A DNA stretch of 61,532 nt from a virus, in the IMG/VR virus record IMGVR_UViG_3300050498_000085; one strand, given 5' to 3'. Positions 1 to 8,863 of this stretch are shown here, in pieces (positions within the stretch are counted from its first letter, which is position 1; each line of letters opens with the position of its first letter). Under the pieces are notes generated by a model. The model was not told the origin of the DNA and did no database searches. It saw only the letters and a program-made list of their open reading frames with translations. A program made the translations under genes and the position numbers.

Positions 1-127
1 CCCCCTCCTCCGGCGCGCCGCAGTTCTCCTGGATGGACAGCCCTCTGTAGACATGGGCGATGGCGAGTGGTTGATCAGTTGCGCCTGGGAAGTCGATTCG
101 CCTGACCTCTATGACGACGGGCTGGGG
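1..127. repeat. 127-nt terminal direct repeat, left copy (identical to 61406..61532)
   Basis: String 1..127 (CCCCCTCCTCCGGCGCGCCGCAG...GACGACGGGCTGGGG) recurs exactly as the last 127 nt of the window. Confidence 0.95.
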
Positions 128-175
128 ACCGCCACTCGTTACTCGTCCTACCGACTCGTGACACGGGTCGGATAG
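1..175 (+). CDS. 3' end of the ORF that starts at 61128 (tail terminator / tail completion-like); stop TAG 173..175
   Basis: Frame of ORF 61128.. continues through the repeat (base 1 = codon position 3) to TAG at 173..175; joined product 150 aa. Confidence 0.6.
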   Translation, partial: PLLRRAAVLLDGQPSVDMGDGEWLISCAWEVDSPDLYDDGLGTATRYSSYRLVTRVG

Positions 176-239
176 CTCGCCAGCTAGATTCTCGCCACGC
201 GATACCCATGGGTCCCGATTCCCGGGAGAAGGAGTAGCT

Positions 240-776
240 GTGGCGAAGATGCTGGTTCGGTATGTCGGCGGGTCGACGTACCGGGGCCTGACCGAGAGTG
301 ACCTGGCCGGCCTCGGTCTCAAGGTGGACCTGCCTCCCACGGCCGAGTTCTATCGGCGCGTAGTGGGTGCCAACTCCTGGGTGGAGAACGAGCAGCGCCC
401 GATGGACCCGGCTCGTGATCTCGTGTGGGGTCCGCACAACCGATGGACTTTGGAGTTGGACGTCTCTCCGGAGCTGGAGACGGTTCTGCGGGAACAGGAC
501 CACTTCGTCCTCACGGCTGTCACGGACGAGGGCGCCCCAGGCGAGCGCGTGGCTGACGCTGGCCCGCAGGTCAACCATCCGGGTGACACGGTCGTGACGC
601 ACGTGGAAGGCGAGCCGAGCCAGAAGGCGGAAACCCCGCGCGAGGAGGATCTGCCATTCACTGTGGGTGGCGAGACCATCACCCCGGAGCCAGCCGCGAC
701 CGAAGGGCCGGTGGAGCCGGAGCCGACCGCCGAGACCAAGACCAGGCGCCGCGTCAAGGACGACCCGCAGGCGTGA
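240..776 (+). CDS. hypothetical protein, 178 aa, acidic Pro/Glu-rich C-terminus
   Basis: GTG start 6 nt after GGAGAAGGAG; ORF-track protein is non-repetitive; sits between tail-terminator-like gene and major tail gene. Confidence 0.65.
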   Translation: MAKMLVRYVGGSTYRGLTESDLAGLGLKVDLPPTAEFYRRVVGANSWVENEQRPMDPARDLVWGPHNRWTLELDVSPELETVLREQDHFVLTAVTDEGAPGERVADAGPQVNHPGDTVVTHVEGEPSQKAETPREEDLPFTVGGETITPEPAATEGPVEPEPTAETKTRRRVKDDPQA

Positions 777-1015
777 TGGAGCTTCGTTGCGACTCTCGCC
801 TTCATGGACGGTTGTCCGAAGTAGACGGACGGCCGGCTGTGGAGGTCATGTGTCGCAGCGCCTTCTGCGGGCGAACCGAGGGGCGGGTGGTGCTGCATTA
901 CTTCGATGTGACCACCGGTGATCTGATCACCACCAAGCGTTACAAGCAACCAATCCCGAGAGGGGAGGAAAGCCCAGATGGCTTGGGATCTCGCACTGCC
1001 GTACGGCATGCGTGA
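776..1015 (+). CDS. possible small Cys-containing protein (79 aa); alternative starts GTG 839 / ATG 848
   Basis: ATG overlaps upstream stop (TGATG); sequence ...MCRSAFCGRTEGRVVLHYFDVTTGDLITTKRY looks protein-like; it reads through a dispersed motif copy and overlaps the next gene by 38 nt. Confidence 0.35.
   Translation: MELRCDSRLHGRLSEVDGRPAVEVMCRSAFCGRTEGRVVLHYFDVTTGDLITTKRYKQPIPRGEESPDGLGSRTAVRHA
814..830 (+). repeat. dispersed motif copy GTCCGAAGTAGACGGAC (perfect 5-bp inverted arms)
   Basis: Read directly; arms GTCCG/CGGAC flank AAGTAGA. Confidence 0.9.
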
Positions 1016-1526
1016 CGTCATGCTGAAGCCGTTCACGGACTCCGGCCAGACCACGCTCGGCGCCGGCATCGACCTGCCGAACAGCCGGACTCTCAGCTTC
1101 GAGGAAGCGGAGGAGTTCGAGGAGCTGCGCGGTGACGACAAGGTCGTGGCCATCCGTGGTCGTGGCGCCGTCGTGAACTGGGAGCTGGAGAGCGGTGGTA
1201 TCTCCGTTCCCGCCTACCGGCAGATGGCCGGTGGTTCCACGAGTACGACTGGAGTCACGCCGAACCAGGTGACCTCGTACAACAAGAAGGTCACGGACTC
1301 CCGTCCCTACTTCCAGCAGGAGGGGCAGAGCATCTCCGACAACGGTGGCGACTTCCACGCGCGCATCCTGCGCTCGCGGGCGAACGACACCCTGTCGGGC
1401 GAGCTGTCGGATGGGGCCTTCTGGCTCACCGGCGCGAGCGGCCAGGGCCTGCCGGCTCTCACGACCGGCAAGACCGACTGGCTCTACGAGTTCATCCTCA
1501 ACGAGACCGCGACGGCGATCGCATGA
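978..1526 (+). CDS. major tail protein (putative), 182 aa
   Basis: Strong RBS GGGGAGGAAAG; position upstream of chaperone/tape measure; size and sequence style (..RGDDKVVAIRGRGAVVNWELESGG..) typical of actinophage major tail subunits (recall, not searched). Confidence 0.55.
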   Translation: MAWDLALPYGMRDVMLKPFTDSGQTTLGAGIDLPNSRTLSFEEAEEFEELRGDDKVVAIRGRGAVVNWELESGGISVPAYRQMAGGSTSTTGVTPNQVTSYNKKVTDSRPYFQQEGQSISDNGGDFHARILRSRANDTLSGELSDGAFWLTGASGQGLPALTTGKTDWLYEFILNETATAIA

Positions 1527-1870
1527 CCGCCATCACTCCGGTGGCGCTCGGCCAAGGCCAAGCCGTCACTCCGACCGTCATGACCGCATCCGACACCATT
1601 CCCGTTCAGTCCACCGGTCGCTACCTCATGGTGACGCGCAACACGACGGCGACTCCGCTGGTGACGACCGTGGATGACCCGAACAGCGCGGGACCTGCGG
1701 GCGCGCAGGCGTTCAACCCGGACATCCAGGTGACCACACCGATCACCACCGGAGTCCGGGCGACCGTTCTGGACGCCCAGAGGTTCCGTGATCCGGTCAC
1801 CGGCAACATCGCGTTGACCAACACCGGCTTCGCGGCCGGTACCACGGCCGAAGTGTACGGGCCGTTCTGA
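1523..1870 (+). CDS. hypothetical structural protein, 115 aa, Thr/Val/Pro-rich
   Basis: ATGA overlap with upstream stop; lies between major tail and chaperone genes. Confidence 0.6.
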   Translation: MTAITPVALGQGQAVTPTVMTASDTIPVQSTGRYLMVTRNTTATPLVTTVDDPNSAGPAGAQAFNPDIQVTTPITTGVRATVLDAQRFRDPVTGNIALTNTGFAAGTTAEVYGPF

Positions 1871-1873
1871 TCA

Positions 1874-1890
1874 GTCCGAAGTAGACGAAC
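1874..1890 (+). repeat. dispersed motif copy GTCCGAAGTAGACGAAC
   Basis: Starts 4 nt after stop 1868..1870; 25 nt upstream of GTG 1916. Confidence 0.9.
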
Positions 1891-1915
1891 CACTCGGAGT
1901 CCAAGGAGGCCAGAA

Positions 1916-2563
1916 GTGGCTACTGGAACGAAGCGCGAGAAGGCCAAGGATCTGGGGCGAGTTTCCCAGGCCAACAAGCAGCGAAGCTCGGCGGCGGCCT
2001 GGCGTGAGAAGTCAGTCGGCATCGAGATCGAGGTGCCTTCCGGGAACGTCGCCGTGGTGCGCCGTCCCGGGCCGGAGATGTTTCTGAAGACCGGTCGCAT
2101 CCCGGACGCTCTCTTGCCCATCGTGATGGAGGGCATCCGCGAGAAGCAGGGTCTGCCGCCGGAGAAGGCGGCTGGTCTGATGAAGGACCCTGCGATGTTG
2201 CCGCAGGTCATGGAGATGGTCGATGCCGCAGTGGTTGCGGCGTGTATCGAGCCGGTTGTCCGCGAGGACCCACCGTGTGTCCGTCCGTCCGAAGAGGACG
2301 CTGCGGTGTTGTGCCGTCGCGCTCTCGGAGACCCGATCCACTCCGACCCGAAGAACCCCAAGCGTCACGAGTTCATCCCGGGTGACGCCGAGCCGCCGGA
2401 GGATCGTGACCCGGACTTCCTGTACACGGCCGAGATCGACTTCACCGACAAGATGTTCATCTTCCAGTTCGCGCTCGGAGGTAGCGCCGACCTGGAGCGA
2501 TTTCGTGAGGGACTCCAGCAGTCTATGGAGGGCGTGGACGCTGTCGCAAGCGGTCCGAAGTAG
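1916..2563 (+). CDS. tail assembly chaperone (G-like), 215 aa
   Basis: RBS AAGGAGG; position immediately before tape measure; C-terminal ..LYTAEIDFTDKMFIFQFALGGSADLERFR.. resembles actinophage chaperones (recall). Confidence 0.75.
   Translation: MATGTKREKAKDLGRVSQANKQRSSAAAWREKSVGIEIEVPSGNVAVVRRPGPEMFLKTGRIPDALLPIVMEGIREKQGLPPEKAAGLMKDPAMLPQVMEMVDAAVVAACIEPVVREDPPCVRPSEEDAAVLCRRALGDPIHSDPKNPKRHEFIPGDAEPPEDRDPDFLYTAEIDFTDKMFIFQFALGGSADLERFREGLQQSMEGVDAVASGPK
2287..2303 (+). repeat. dispersed motif copy GTCCGAAGAGGACGCTG, intragenic (codes PSEED)
   Basis: Read directly inside 1916..2563. Confidence 0.85.
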
Positions 2564-2813
2564 ACCGTCGAACCTGTACGGAATCGAAGATGAATACGGA
2601 CCGTATGTCGCCTACTGTTTCGACAACGCTGTGGTGGCGTTCGGCCGAGCACTCGAAGCCGAGCTTGACGCGGTGGAGGGGAAGAACAGCAAAGAGATCA
2701 ACAGGAAGCGTGATCGAGTCTTGCGGAAGTGGCTTGACATGCCGATGAAGTTCCGGAACCCTGGGGGACCGACCACCTCCAGTCCGAAGAGGACGGACAG
2801 CACCAGACGTTGA
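2547..2813 (+). CDS. tail assembly chaperone extension (T-like), coded in the +1 (= -2) frame relative to 1916..2563; exact recoding or entry point unknown
   Basis: Frame 0 reads protein-like ..NLYGIEDEYGPYVAYCFDNAVVAFGRALEAELDAVEGKNSKEINRKRDRVLRKWLDMPMKF.. with no ATG/GTG start near it; the -1 frame reads R/S/T-rich junk and stops at 2746. Confidence 0.55.
   Translation, partial: QAVRSRPSNLYGIEDEYGPYVAYCFDNAVVAFGRALEAELDAVEGKNSKEINRKRDRVLRKWLDMPMKFRNPGGPTTSSPKRTDSTRR
2553..2569 (+). repeat. dispersed motif copy GTCCGAAGTAGACCGTC; its TAG is the chaperone stop codon
   Basis: TAG 2561..2563 = stop of 1916..2563. Confidence 0.85.
2782..2798 (+). repeat. dispersed motif copy GTCCGAAGAGGACGGAC (perfect arms)
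   Basis: 25 nt upstream of tape-measure GTG 2824. Confidence 0.9.
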
Positions 2814-2823
2814 GGAGCTGGCG

Positions 2824-5559
2824 GTGGCGGATTACAACCTGGGTCGTGCTGAGGGTGAGATAGCTCTCAAGTACAACCGTACCGGCGCGACCCAGGTCAA
2901 GCGCGATGTTGACGATCTCCAGGCGCGCGGTCGGACGGCCGGTGCGAGCATGGATCGTCTCGGCCGTACCTCCACCATCGCCGGAGCTGCCATCGCGGGT
3001 GGGCTTGCCCTCGCCATCAACGCCGCAGCTAACTTCGAGCAGCGCCTATCCGGGATCAAAGCGGTCAGCGGTGCTACCACGTCGCAGATGGAGGCCATTC
3101 GAAAGAAGGCGCTCCAACTCGGCGCGGATACCAAGTTCAGCGCGAGCCAGGCCGCTCAGGCTATGGAGGAGTTGGCCAAGGCCGGCTTGACCATCCCGGA
3201 GATCATGAATGGCGCGGCCGACGCCACGGTGGCGCTTGCGGCGGCCGGCGAGATCGACCTGCCGCGAGCGGCCGAGATCGCGGCCAACGCGATGAACACC
3301 TTCAACCTGTCGGCCGAGGATCTGCCGAAGGTTGCGGATCTAGTCGCCGGAGCGGCCAATGCCTCGGCCATATCGGTTGAAGAGTTCGCGCAGTCCCTTC
3401 AGCAGTCCGGGGCGGCAGCGAATCTGGCCGGGTTGAGCTTTGTTGATCTCTCTGCGGCTATTGCATTGATGGGTAATGCCGGTATCAAGGGCTCGGACGC
3501 CGGTACATCCCTCAAGACCATGCTGCTGAACTTGAACCCGAGCACCAAGAAGCAGATTGCTCTGTTCAAGGAACTGGGCATCATCACGAAGGATGGCGCC
3601 AATCAATTCTTCGATGCCCAGGGTAAGGCCAAGGGTCTCGCGGACATCGCAGGAGTCCTCTCGAAGTCTTTGGAGGGCATGACACAGCAGCAGAAGCTCG
3701 CTGCTCTAGAGGTCATGTTCGGCTCGGATGCCATCCGAGCGGCGGCAGTATTGGCCAATGCCGGCGCCAAGGGCTTTGAGAACATGGCAGGTGCAATGAC
3801 TAAGGTCAAGGCGGCTGATGTCGCTGCGACCCGCATGGATAACCTCAAAGGCAAGATCGAGCAGATGCGAGGCTCGCTGGAGACAGCGGCCATCGTTATC
3901 GGGTCTATTGTCATCCCAGCGTTGACGACATTCGTCAAGTACATCACCGGGCTCGTGAATGCCTTCGCTCAGCTATCGCCCGGAATGCAAAAGGCAATTG
4001 TGGTTGTTGCCGGCGTTGTCGCCGCATTCTTGCTGATACTTGGCGTTGTCATAAAGATCATCTCGATCATGACGGCCCTTCAGGTGGCAATAGCGGCTGG
4101 GTTCGCACCCTTCCTGATCGTGGCCGCCATCATAGCTGCTGTCATAGCCCTGGGCGCCGCAATCTATTTGCTGTACCAAAGGTTTGAACCGGTACGGAAT
4201 GTTGTAGATGCCGTCGGCCACGCCCTCAAGACAGCATTCATCGCCACCCTCCCTGTGATACAGAGGGTCGGCGAAATCTTCATGACGACCGTCCTGCCGG
4301 CTCTGATAGCGGTGGGGAAGTTCCTCGCAACGACGTTCGGCCCCATCTTCGTCCGGGTGGGGGCGATCATTGCCGGTTGGGTCCGAGCCATCATCGGATA
4401 CTTCCAGTCGATCAACCCACAGTTGACGGCCATCTTCAACGTTCTGCGAGCTATCTGGAACGCGGTCTGGCCGCCCTTGCTCGTCATCGTCCGGTTCATC
4501 TTCGGCCAGGTCTTGTCGTTTGTGATCTCGACGCTCAAGCTACTCGCGACCGGCATTATGCTGGTGTTGAACGGAATCGCAAACATCTTCCGTGGCGTGT
4601 TCAACATCATCGGCGGGATCATCAAGATATTCCTGTCGCTGATCACCGGGCAATGGGGCGCGGCCTGGGAAGGCGTCAAGCAAGTTGTCCGAGGAGTGCT
4701 ACAGATCATCCTCGGTCTCATCCAGACCATTCTGGGTGTGGCGATCATCGCAATTGTGGTCTCATCCGTCAAGGCCATCGGAGCGGTGTTCAAGGCCGGC
4801 TGGGCGATCGTGCGCGGAGTCGTCACGAGCGTCATGGGAGCTATCCGGGCGGTCATCAGCGGCGGTATGAGCTTCGCTGGCGGGATCGTCCGGCGCTACA
4901 TCTCCATCATCGTCGGGACCTTCCGAACGATGACCAATCTCATCGGAGTGGTCAACGGCATATTCGCCCGGATAGTCTCGGTCATCGGATCGGTCTTTGG
5001 TCGAGCCGTCTCGGTAGTGACTGGAGTCCTGGGCCGAGTTGTCGGCGCCGTGACCGGGTTCGGCGGCCGACTCTTCGCGGCCGGAGCGGCGATCATTCAG
5101 CGTCTGGTGGCCGGGATCACATCAAGGATCGGTGCCGTGATTGACACCATCAAGGGTGCTGTGTCCAAGGCGATGTCCTTCCTGCCTGGCTCCCCGGTGA
5201 AGGAAGGACCGGCGCGCGTCCTGAATCGGGGGCACGCCGGAAAGCAGATCATCAACATGCTGATCGACGGGATCAACGCCCGGCGCTCCGACCTTGCCGC
5301 AGCCATGCGGAGCGTGGCGCTAAGCGTGCCGACGACCGTGGATGCTACGGCGGGAGCCCTAGCGGCTTCCGCATCGCGTACGGGTACGGGAGCGCCCACG
5401 ACGCTGGTGGCTCCGGCGAGCGGACCGAGCGCCGAAGCTCTCGCGGAGGCCGTCATGAAGGGCCTGGAGGGCGCTCGCTTCGAGTTCGGACCGGATGGGC
5501 TCGCCCGGATTGTCACGGGTAGCCTGATCCCGGCATTCGTTATGGGAGGGCAAGCGTGA
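2824..5559 (+). CDS. tape measure protein, 911 aa
   Basis: N-terminal core ..FEQRLSGIKAVSGATTSQMEAIRKKALQLGADTKFSASQAAQAMEELAKAG.. (TP901-type tape-measure core, recall); long Gly/Ala/Ile/Val-rich hydrophobic centre; synteny. Confidence 0.95.
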   Translation: MADYNLGRAEGEIALKYNRTGATQVKRDVDDLQARGRTAGASMDRLGRTSTIAGAAIAGGLALAINAAANFEQRLSGIKAVSGATTSQMEAIRKKALQLGADTKFSASQAAQAMEELAKAGLTIPEIMNGAADATVALAAAGEIDLPRAAEIAANAMNTFNLSAEDLPKVADLVAGAANASAISVEEFAQSLQQSGAAANLAGLSFVDLSAAIALMGNAGIKGSDAGTSLKTMLLNLNPSTKKQIALFKELGIITKDGANQFFDAQGKAKGLADIAGVLSKSLEGMTQQQKLAALEVMFGSDAIRAAAVLANAGAKGFENMAGAMTKVKAADVAATRMDNLKGKIEQMRGSLETAAIVIGSIVIPALTTFVKYITGLVNAFAQLSPGMQKAIVVVAGVVAAFLLILGVVIKIISIMTALQVAIAAGFAPFLIVAAIIAAVIALGAAIYLLYQRFEPVRNVVDAVGHALKTAFIATLPVIQRVGEIFMTTVLPALIAVGKFLATTFGPIFVRVGAIIAGWVRAIIGYFQSINPQLTAIFNVLRAIWNAVWPPLLVIVRFIFGQVLSFVISTLKLLATGIMLVLNGIANIFRGVFNIIGGIIKIFLSLITGQWGAAWEGVKQVVRGVLQIILGLIQTILGVAIIAIVVSSVKAIGAVFKAGWAIVRGVVTSVMGAIRAVISGGMSFAGGIVRRYISIIVGTFRTMTNLIGVVNGIFARIVSVIGSVFGRAVSVVTGVLGRVVGAVTGFGGRLFAAGAAIIQRLVAGITSRIGAVIDTIKGAVSKAMSFLPGSPVKEGPARVLNRGHAGKQIINMLIDGINARRSDLAAAMRSVALSVPTTVDATAGALAASASRTGTGAPTTLVAPASGPSAEALAEAVMKGLEGARFEFGPDGLARIVTGSLIPAFVMGGQA

Positions 5560-7691
5560 CCGTCAACACTTTGCGACCGAATGCGCTTAGTTTCAGCACT
5601 GGCGGGATAATTGGTGTTGGCGGCGGCGTGACGATCCATGGCGCCACTTCGGACAATAACGACACTACAGGCGTGCGAGCGAGCCAGGACAATGCATATG
5701 CCATACTGGGGTTGACCGACCCGACTGCTCTTGCATCAAATCAGAGGGTGCGAGCTTGGCGCATTCGGGGTCGTGTAGCCCGTACCGTTGCTGATTCGGG
5801 ACATCTTCAGCGGGCTCAAGTCCGGCTCCGGGACACCGACAATACGCTGAGTGAGTATGACGAGTGGCGGTATGCCAGCACACCCATCAAGGAGTTCATT
5901 GGTCTTTGGCGGCCAAATGCCCCCGGCAAGAAAGCATTCAGCACTGCCCTGAACAATCGGCTTCGGCTTGATATCGCCTGGCCTACTCGGACTGGCGGGG
6001 CAGTCGAGTGGCTCGAAGTCCGTGAGCTATATGTGGACTTGGACTACAACGACCAGCCCGTGGTATCGGCCGTCGACCTAACTGGGTACACGACTACCAG
6101 CTATCCGGATGTGGTCTTCACATACGGCGACACCGAGTTGGACCCACAGGTCCGATTTCGGGCCAAGGTGTTCGTGCAAAGCGACACGACCGCTGGCGGT
6201 TTCAATCCTGAGACTTCAACTCTCGCAGCTTGGGATAGCGGTGAAGTGTCAGGGAATGCCCAGGCCATCACTCTGACAAAGAGCTTGAAGAACGGTGTCG
6301 CATACGTCCCATATGTCAAGGCGGCCCAGGCTTGGAATGGACCAGAGGGACCATACTGGTGGAGCGCCTGGGTTGCCGGAACGGCGCGCACCGTTGCGCT
6401 CACTCCGCCCGCAGTTCCGAGCGTCAGCCTGCTTCATTTGACGACTCTTCCAGACTACCGAGTTCTGCATGATGTCACGGCTGGAAGTCCGGGCGGTGGG
6501 GCGTCCAATACGATCCAGCTTCAGGTATTGGAGAAGTGCTTCCGGGACCGTGGGCCTTTCTACAATTGGGTCCATCCGCAAATTCAAAGCTGCGGTGGAA
6601 TTACAATTGGCACAGATGGCTTCTACAGTCGACAGGCCGCATTCCTGTCGAGCCTCCCTCTGGATGGAGCAGCGCCGGAGACCGGCAAGACCGGCGCCCG
6701 CATGATCTCCTGGCTACCGACTGTGGGAGCTTTCTCTGGTCTCGATATCGGCCTGGACAACAATGCGACCACGGACGAGCAACCGCCGTACCTGTGGCCG
6801 TCAATTCCAGGGCTCGCTATGCGGGCGAGCGTGTGGATGCGTACGCGCTCCGGGACTTTCTCGACTCGGCTTCACCATCTCAGCGTGGATGCGACGAACA
6901 CCCTCGTGTCGGGTGGCGATCAAGTCAGCGGTGGTGGGGTAACCCTTACTGCGGCTTGGCAACGCTTGGAGTTGGCATTCACTCCACCGGCAAACTCCAT
7001 CTACGGTCGGTTGTCCATAGAGAATGTGACTCCCACAACCGGGGTCGAGGTACTACTGCATGGGATTCAGGTTGGCCCTGATCCTGGTGTCGGCGCTCAA
7101 CTTCAAGGTGGAATCGGCAAGTATCTGGCGTTTCCGCCGGATACTTCATGGGTCAACTTGCGTTCCCGCGAGGTGATGTCGGGTATCGCAAGCGGGTCGC
7201 ACGTCTATGTCCACGACAACGAGATCATTCCCGGTCGGCCCGTCATCTACCGAGCGCGCTCTGTGACGACGGTCAGTGGGCAGGAAGTAGTTGGACCTTG
7301 GGTGTACTACAACAATTACGAGCCAATCCCGGCGACCACACTGCTCCGTGACCCATACGAGGGCGAGAACGTCCTGAAGCTCAAGAGGGATGGAAGCGCC
7401 AGCGAGAACAATGAAGAGGACATGTCTGTATGGCATGCGTCCGGCCGAAACGAGGACCCAATCACGCTGAGTGATTGGCGGGGCGGCCAGGATGGCTCTA
7501 TCAAGCTTTCTTGGGATAGCGCCTTGGAGAAGAAGATCATCCGGGATCTCGTTCGCAGTACCCGCCCCCTCCTCATTCAATGGTTCGATGGAGGCGCCAC
7601 ATACATCCGATTCACCTCCCGGAGCTACGATGTTGTGGCTTCTGACTTCGGGTACTTCTCCGGCGACTACATCGAGACGGAGCGACCCTGA
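5556..7691 (+). CDS. minor tail protein, 711 aa
   Basis: GTGA overlap with tape-measure stop; first gene after tape measure; large, visibly lower GC. Confidence 0.65.
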   Translation: MTVNTLRPNALSFSTGGIIGVGGGVTIHGATSDNNDTTGVRASQDNAYAILGLTDPTALASNQRVRAWRIRGRVARTVADSGHLQRAQVRLRDTDNTLSEYDEWRYASTPIKEFIGLWRPNAPGKKAFSTALNNRLRLDIAWPTRTGGAVEWLEVRELYVDLDYNDQPVVSAVDLTGYTTTSYPDVVFTYGDTELDPQVRFRAKVFVQSDTTAGGFNPETSTLAAWDSGEVSGNAQAITLTKSLKNGVAYVPYVKAAQAWNGPEGPYWWSAWVAGTARTVALTPPAVPSVSLLHLTTLPDYRVLHDVTAGSPGGGASNTIQLQVLEKCFRDRGPFYNWVHPQIQSCGGITIGTDGFYSRQAAFLSSLPLDGAAPETGKTGARMISWLPTVGAFSGLDIGLDNNATTDEQPPYLWPSIPGLAMRASVWMRTRSGTFSTRLHHLSVDATNTLVSGGDQVSGGGVTLTAAWQRLELAFTPPANSIYGRLSIENVTPTTGVEVLLHGIQVGPDPGVGAQLQGGIGKYLAFPPDTSWVNLRSREVMSGIASGSHVYVHDNEIIPGRPVIYRARSVTTVSGQEVVGPWVYYNNYEPIPATTLLRDPYEGENVLKLKRDGSASENNEEDMSVWHASGRNEDPITLSDWRGGQDGSIKLSWDSALEKKIIRDLVRSTRPLLIQWFDGGATYIRFTSRSYDVVASDFGYFSGDYIETERP

Positions 7692-8863
7692 TGTGGTATG
7701 GAACTGACCGTCTGTTCCAGTGTTTGACCAAGAATCATCACCAAGTTCGCAGCATGGTCGAGATCCTTGTGGACGGGAAGGTCGAGCTGGTCATCAAGGG
7801 ACGTGCCACAGTCGATCCCGTCACCGGAAAGAAAGTCGCGGCCATCGATGGCGGGGTGAAGGTCTCGCGGACCCAGGTCCGGCGCGAGGGCGACTTGCGG
7901 ATCGTGGACCTATCAGATGTCGCCGGCTCTTTTTCCGTGCGAGATGCGAGCGATCTGTTTGCTCCGCTCCGTACTGAGTTTCGGCTATGGCGCGGATATG
8001 AGTACTGGGATGCGACTCCATACGAGCGCATGACCGGGACCGGAGTGGAATACTGGCCAATCGGCACTTTCATCATCAACAAGGCACCCATGTCTTGGCC
8101 GACGATCGACCTGCATGGATACGATCGGTTGTGGAATCTGCGGGGCCGATTCCAAAGACCGTGGATCGTCGCCGATGGCACTCCGAATATGGTGGAGCTA
8201 GAGCGACTATTGCGGGCGATCATTCCGTCCGCGCAGCAGGACATTGATCTTCCGGTGTCGGATTCCACGGCTGGCGCTTTGGTATGGGAGCAGCAGGACG
8301 ATCAGCTAACGCGGGCCCACGACTTAGCTTTGGCGGACGGCAAGGTCCTGTACGCGGATCAGATGGGAACGATCCGAGCTGCTGAAGAGCCATTCATCGA
8401 CGCTTCGCAGGTGGTCTGGACTTTCAAGCCAGACCGTTACAACATCGGCGCTAACCCGAGCCGGGACATCGACGCAACGGACGCCGAGAATGTCGTCATA
8501 GCCACGGGCGAGAGCGACGGGACCATCCCGCCCGTCTCCGGCCGCGCAGCTGATGAGAATCCGGCGAGCTTCACATATATCGGCAAGACACCAGAGATTG
8601 CCCATTTCTATAGTTCGCCTTTGTTGCGTACGAAGGGGCAATGCGCGGCGGCAGCACGGACCATCCTCATGCGGGAGCTGGGGGTATCCGATCAGGTGGT
8701 CGTGCCGACAGTTCCCCTCCCGGGGTTGGAGAGCGGGGATGTCCTTCGGGTCGAGGACCCGTTGACACGAACGAACGACTTGTTGATTGCTGACGTCTTC
8801 AACATCCCGCTGCGGGCCAACGGCATAATGACGATCGAGTGCCGAACACAAAGGCTGATCTGA
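7691..8863 (+). CDS. minor tail protein, 390 aa
   Basis: TGATG overlap with upstream stop; synteny. Confidence 0.6.
   Translation: MWYGTDRLFQCLTKNHHQVRSMVEILVDGKVELVIKGRATVDPVTGKKVAAIDGGVKVSRTQVRREGDLRIVDLSDVAGSFSVRDASDLFAPLRTEFRLWRGYEYWDATPYERMTGTGVEYWPIGTFIINKAPMSWPTIDLHGYDRLWNLRGRFQRPWIVADGTPNMVELERLLRAIIPSAQQDIDLPVSDSTAGALVWEQQDDQLTRAHDLALADGKVLYADQMGTIRAAEEPFIDASQVVWTFKPDRYNIGANPSRDIDATDAENVVIATGESDGTIPPVSGRAADENPASFTYIGKTPEIAHFYSSPLLRTKGQCAAAARTILMRELGVSDQVVVPTVPLPGLESGDVLRVEDPLTRTNDLLIADVFNIPLRANGIMTIECRTQRLI

Noticed and set aside
1-127. Terminal repeat as an LTR/IS-type mobile-element end
   Set aside because: The repeat lies inside a continuous ORF of a phage tail gene. There are no transposase genes or target-site duplications. 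Circular closure explains it.
2560-2748. Canonical -1 frameshift product of the tail chaperone
   Set aside because: The -1 frame is open for 62 codons but reads VDRRTCTESKMNTDRMSPTVSTTLWWRS..., which is junk-like. The +1 frame carries the protein-like T segment.
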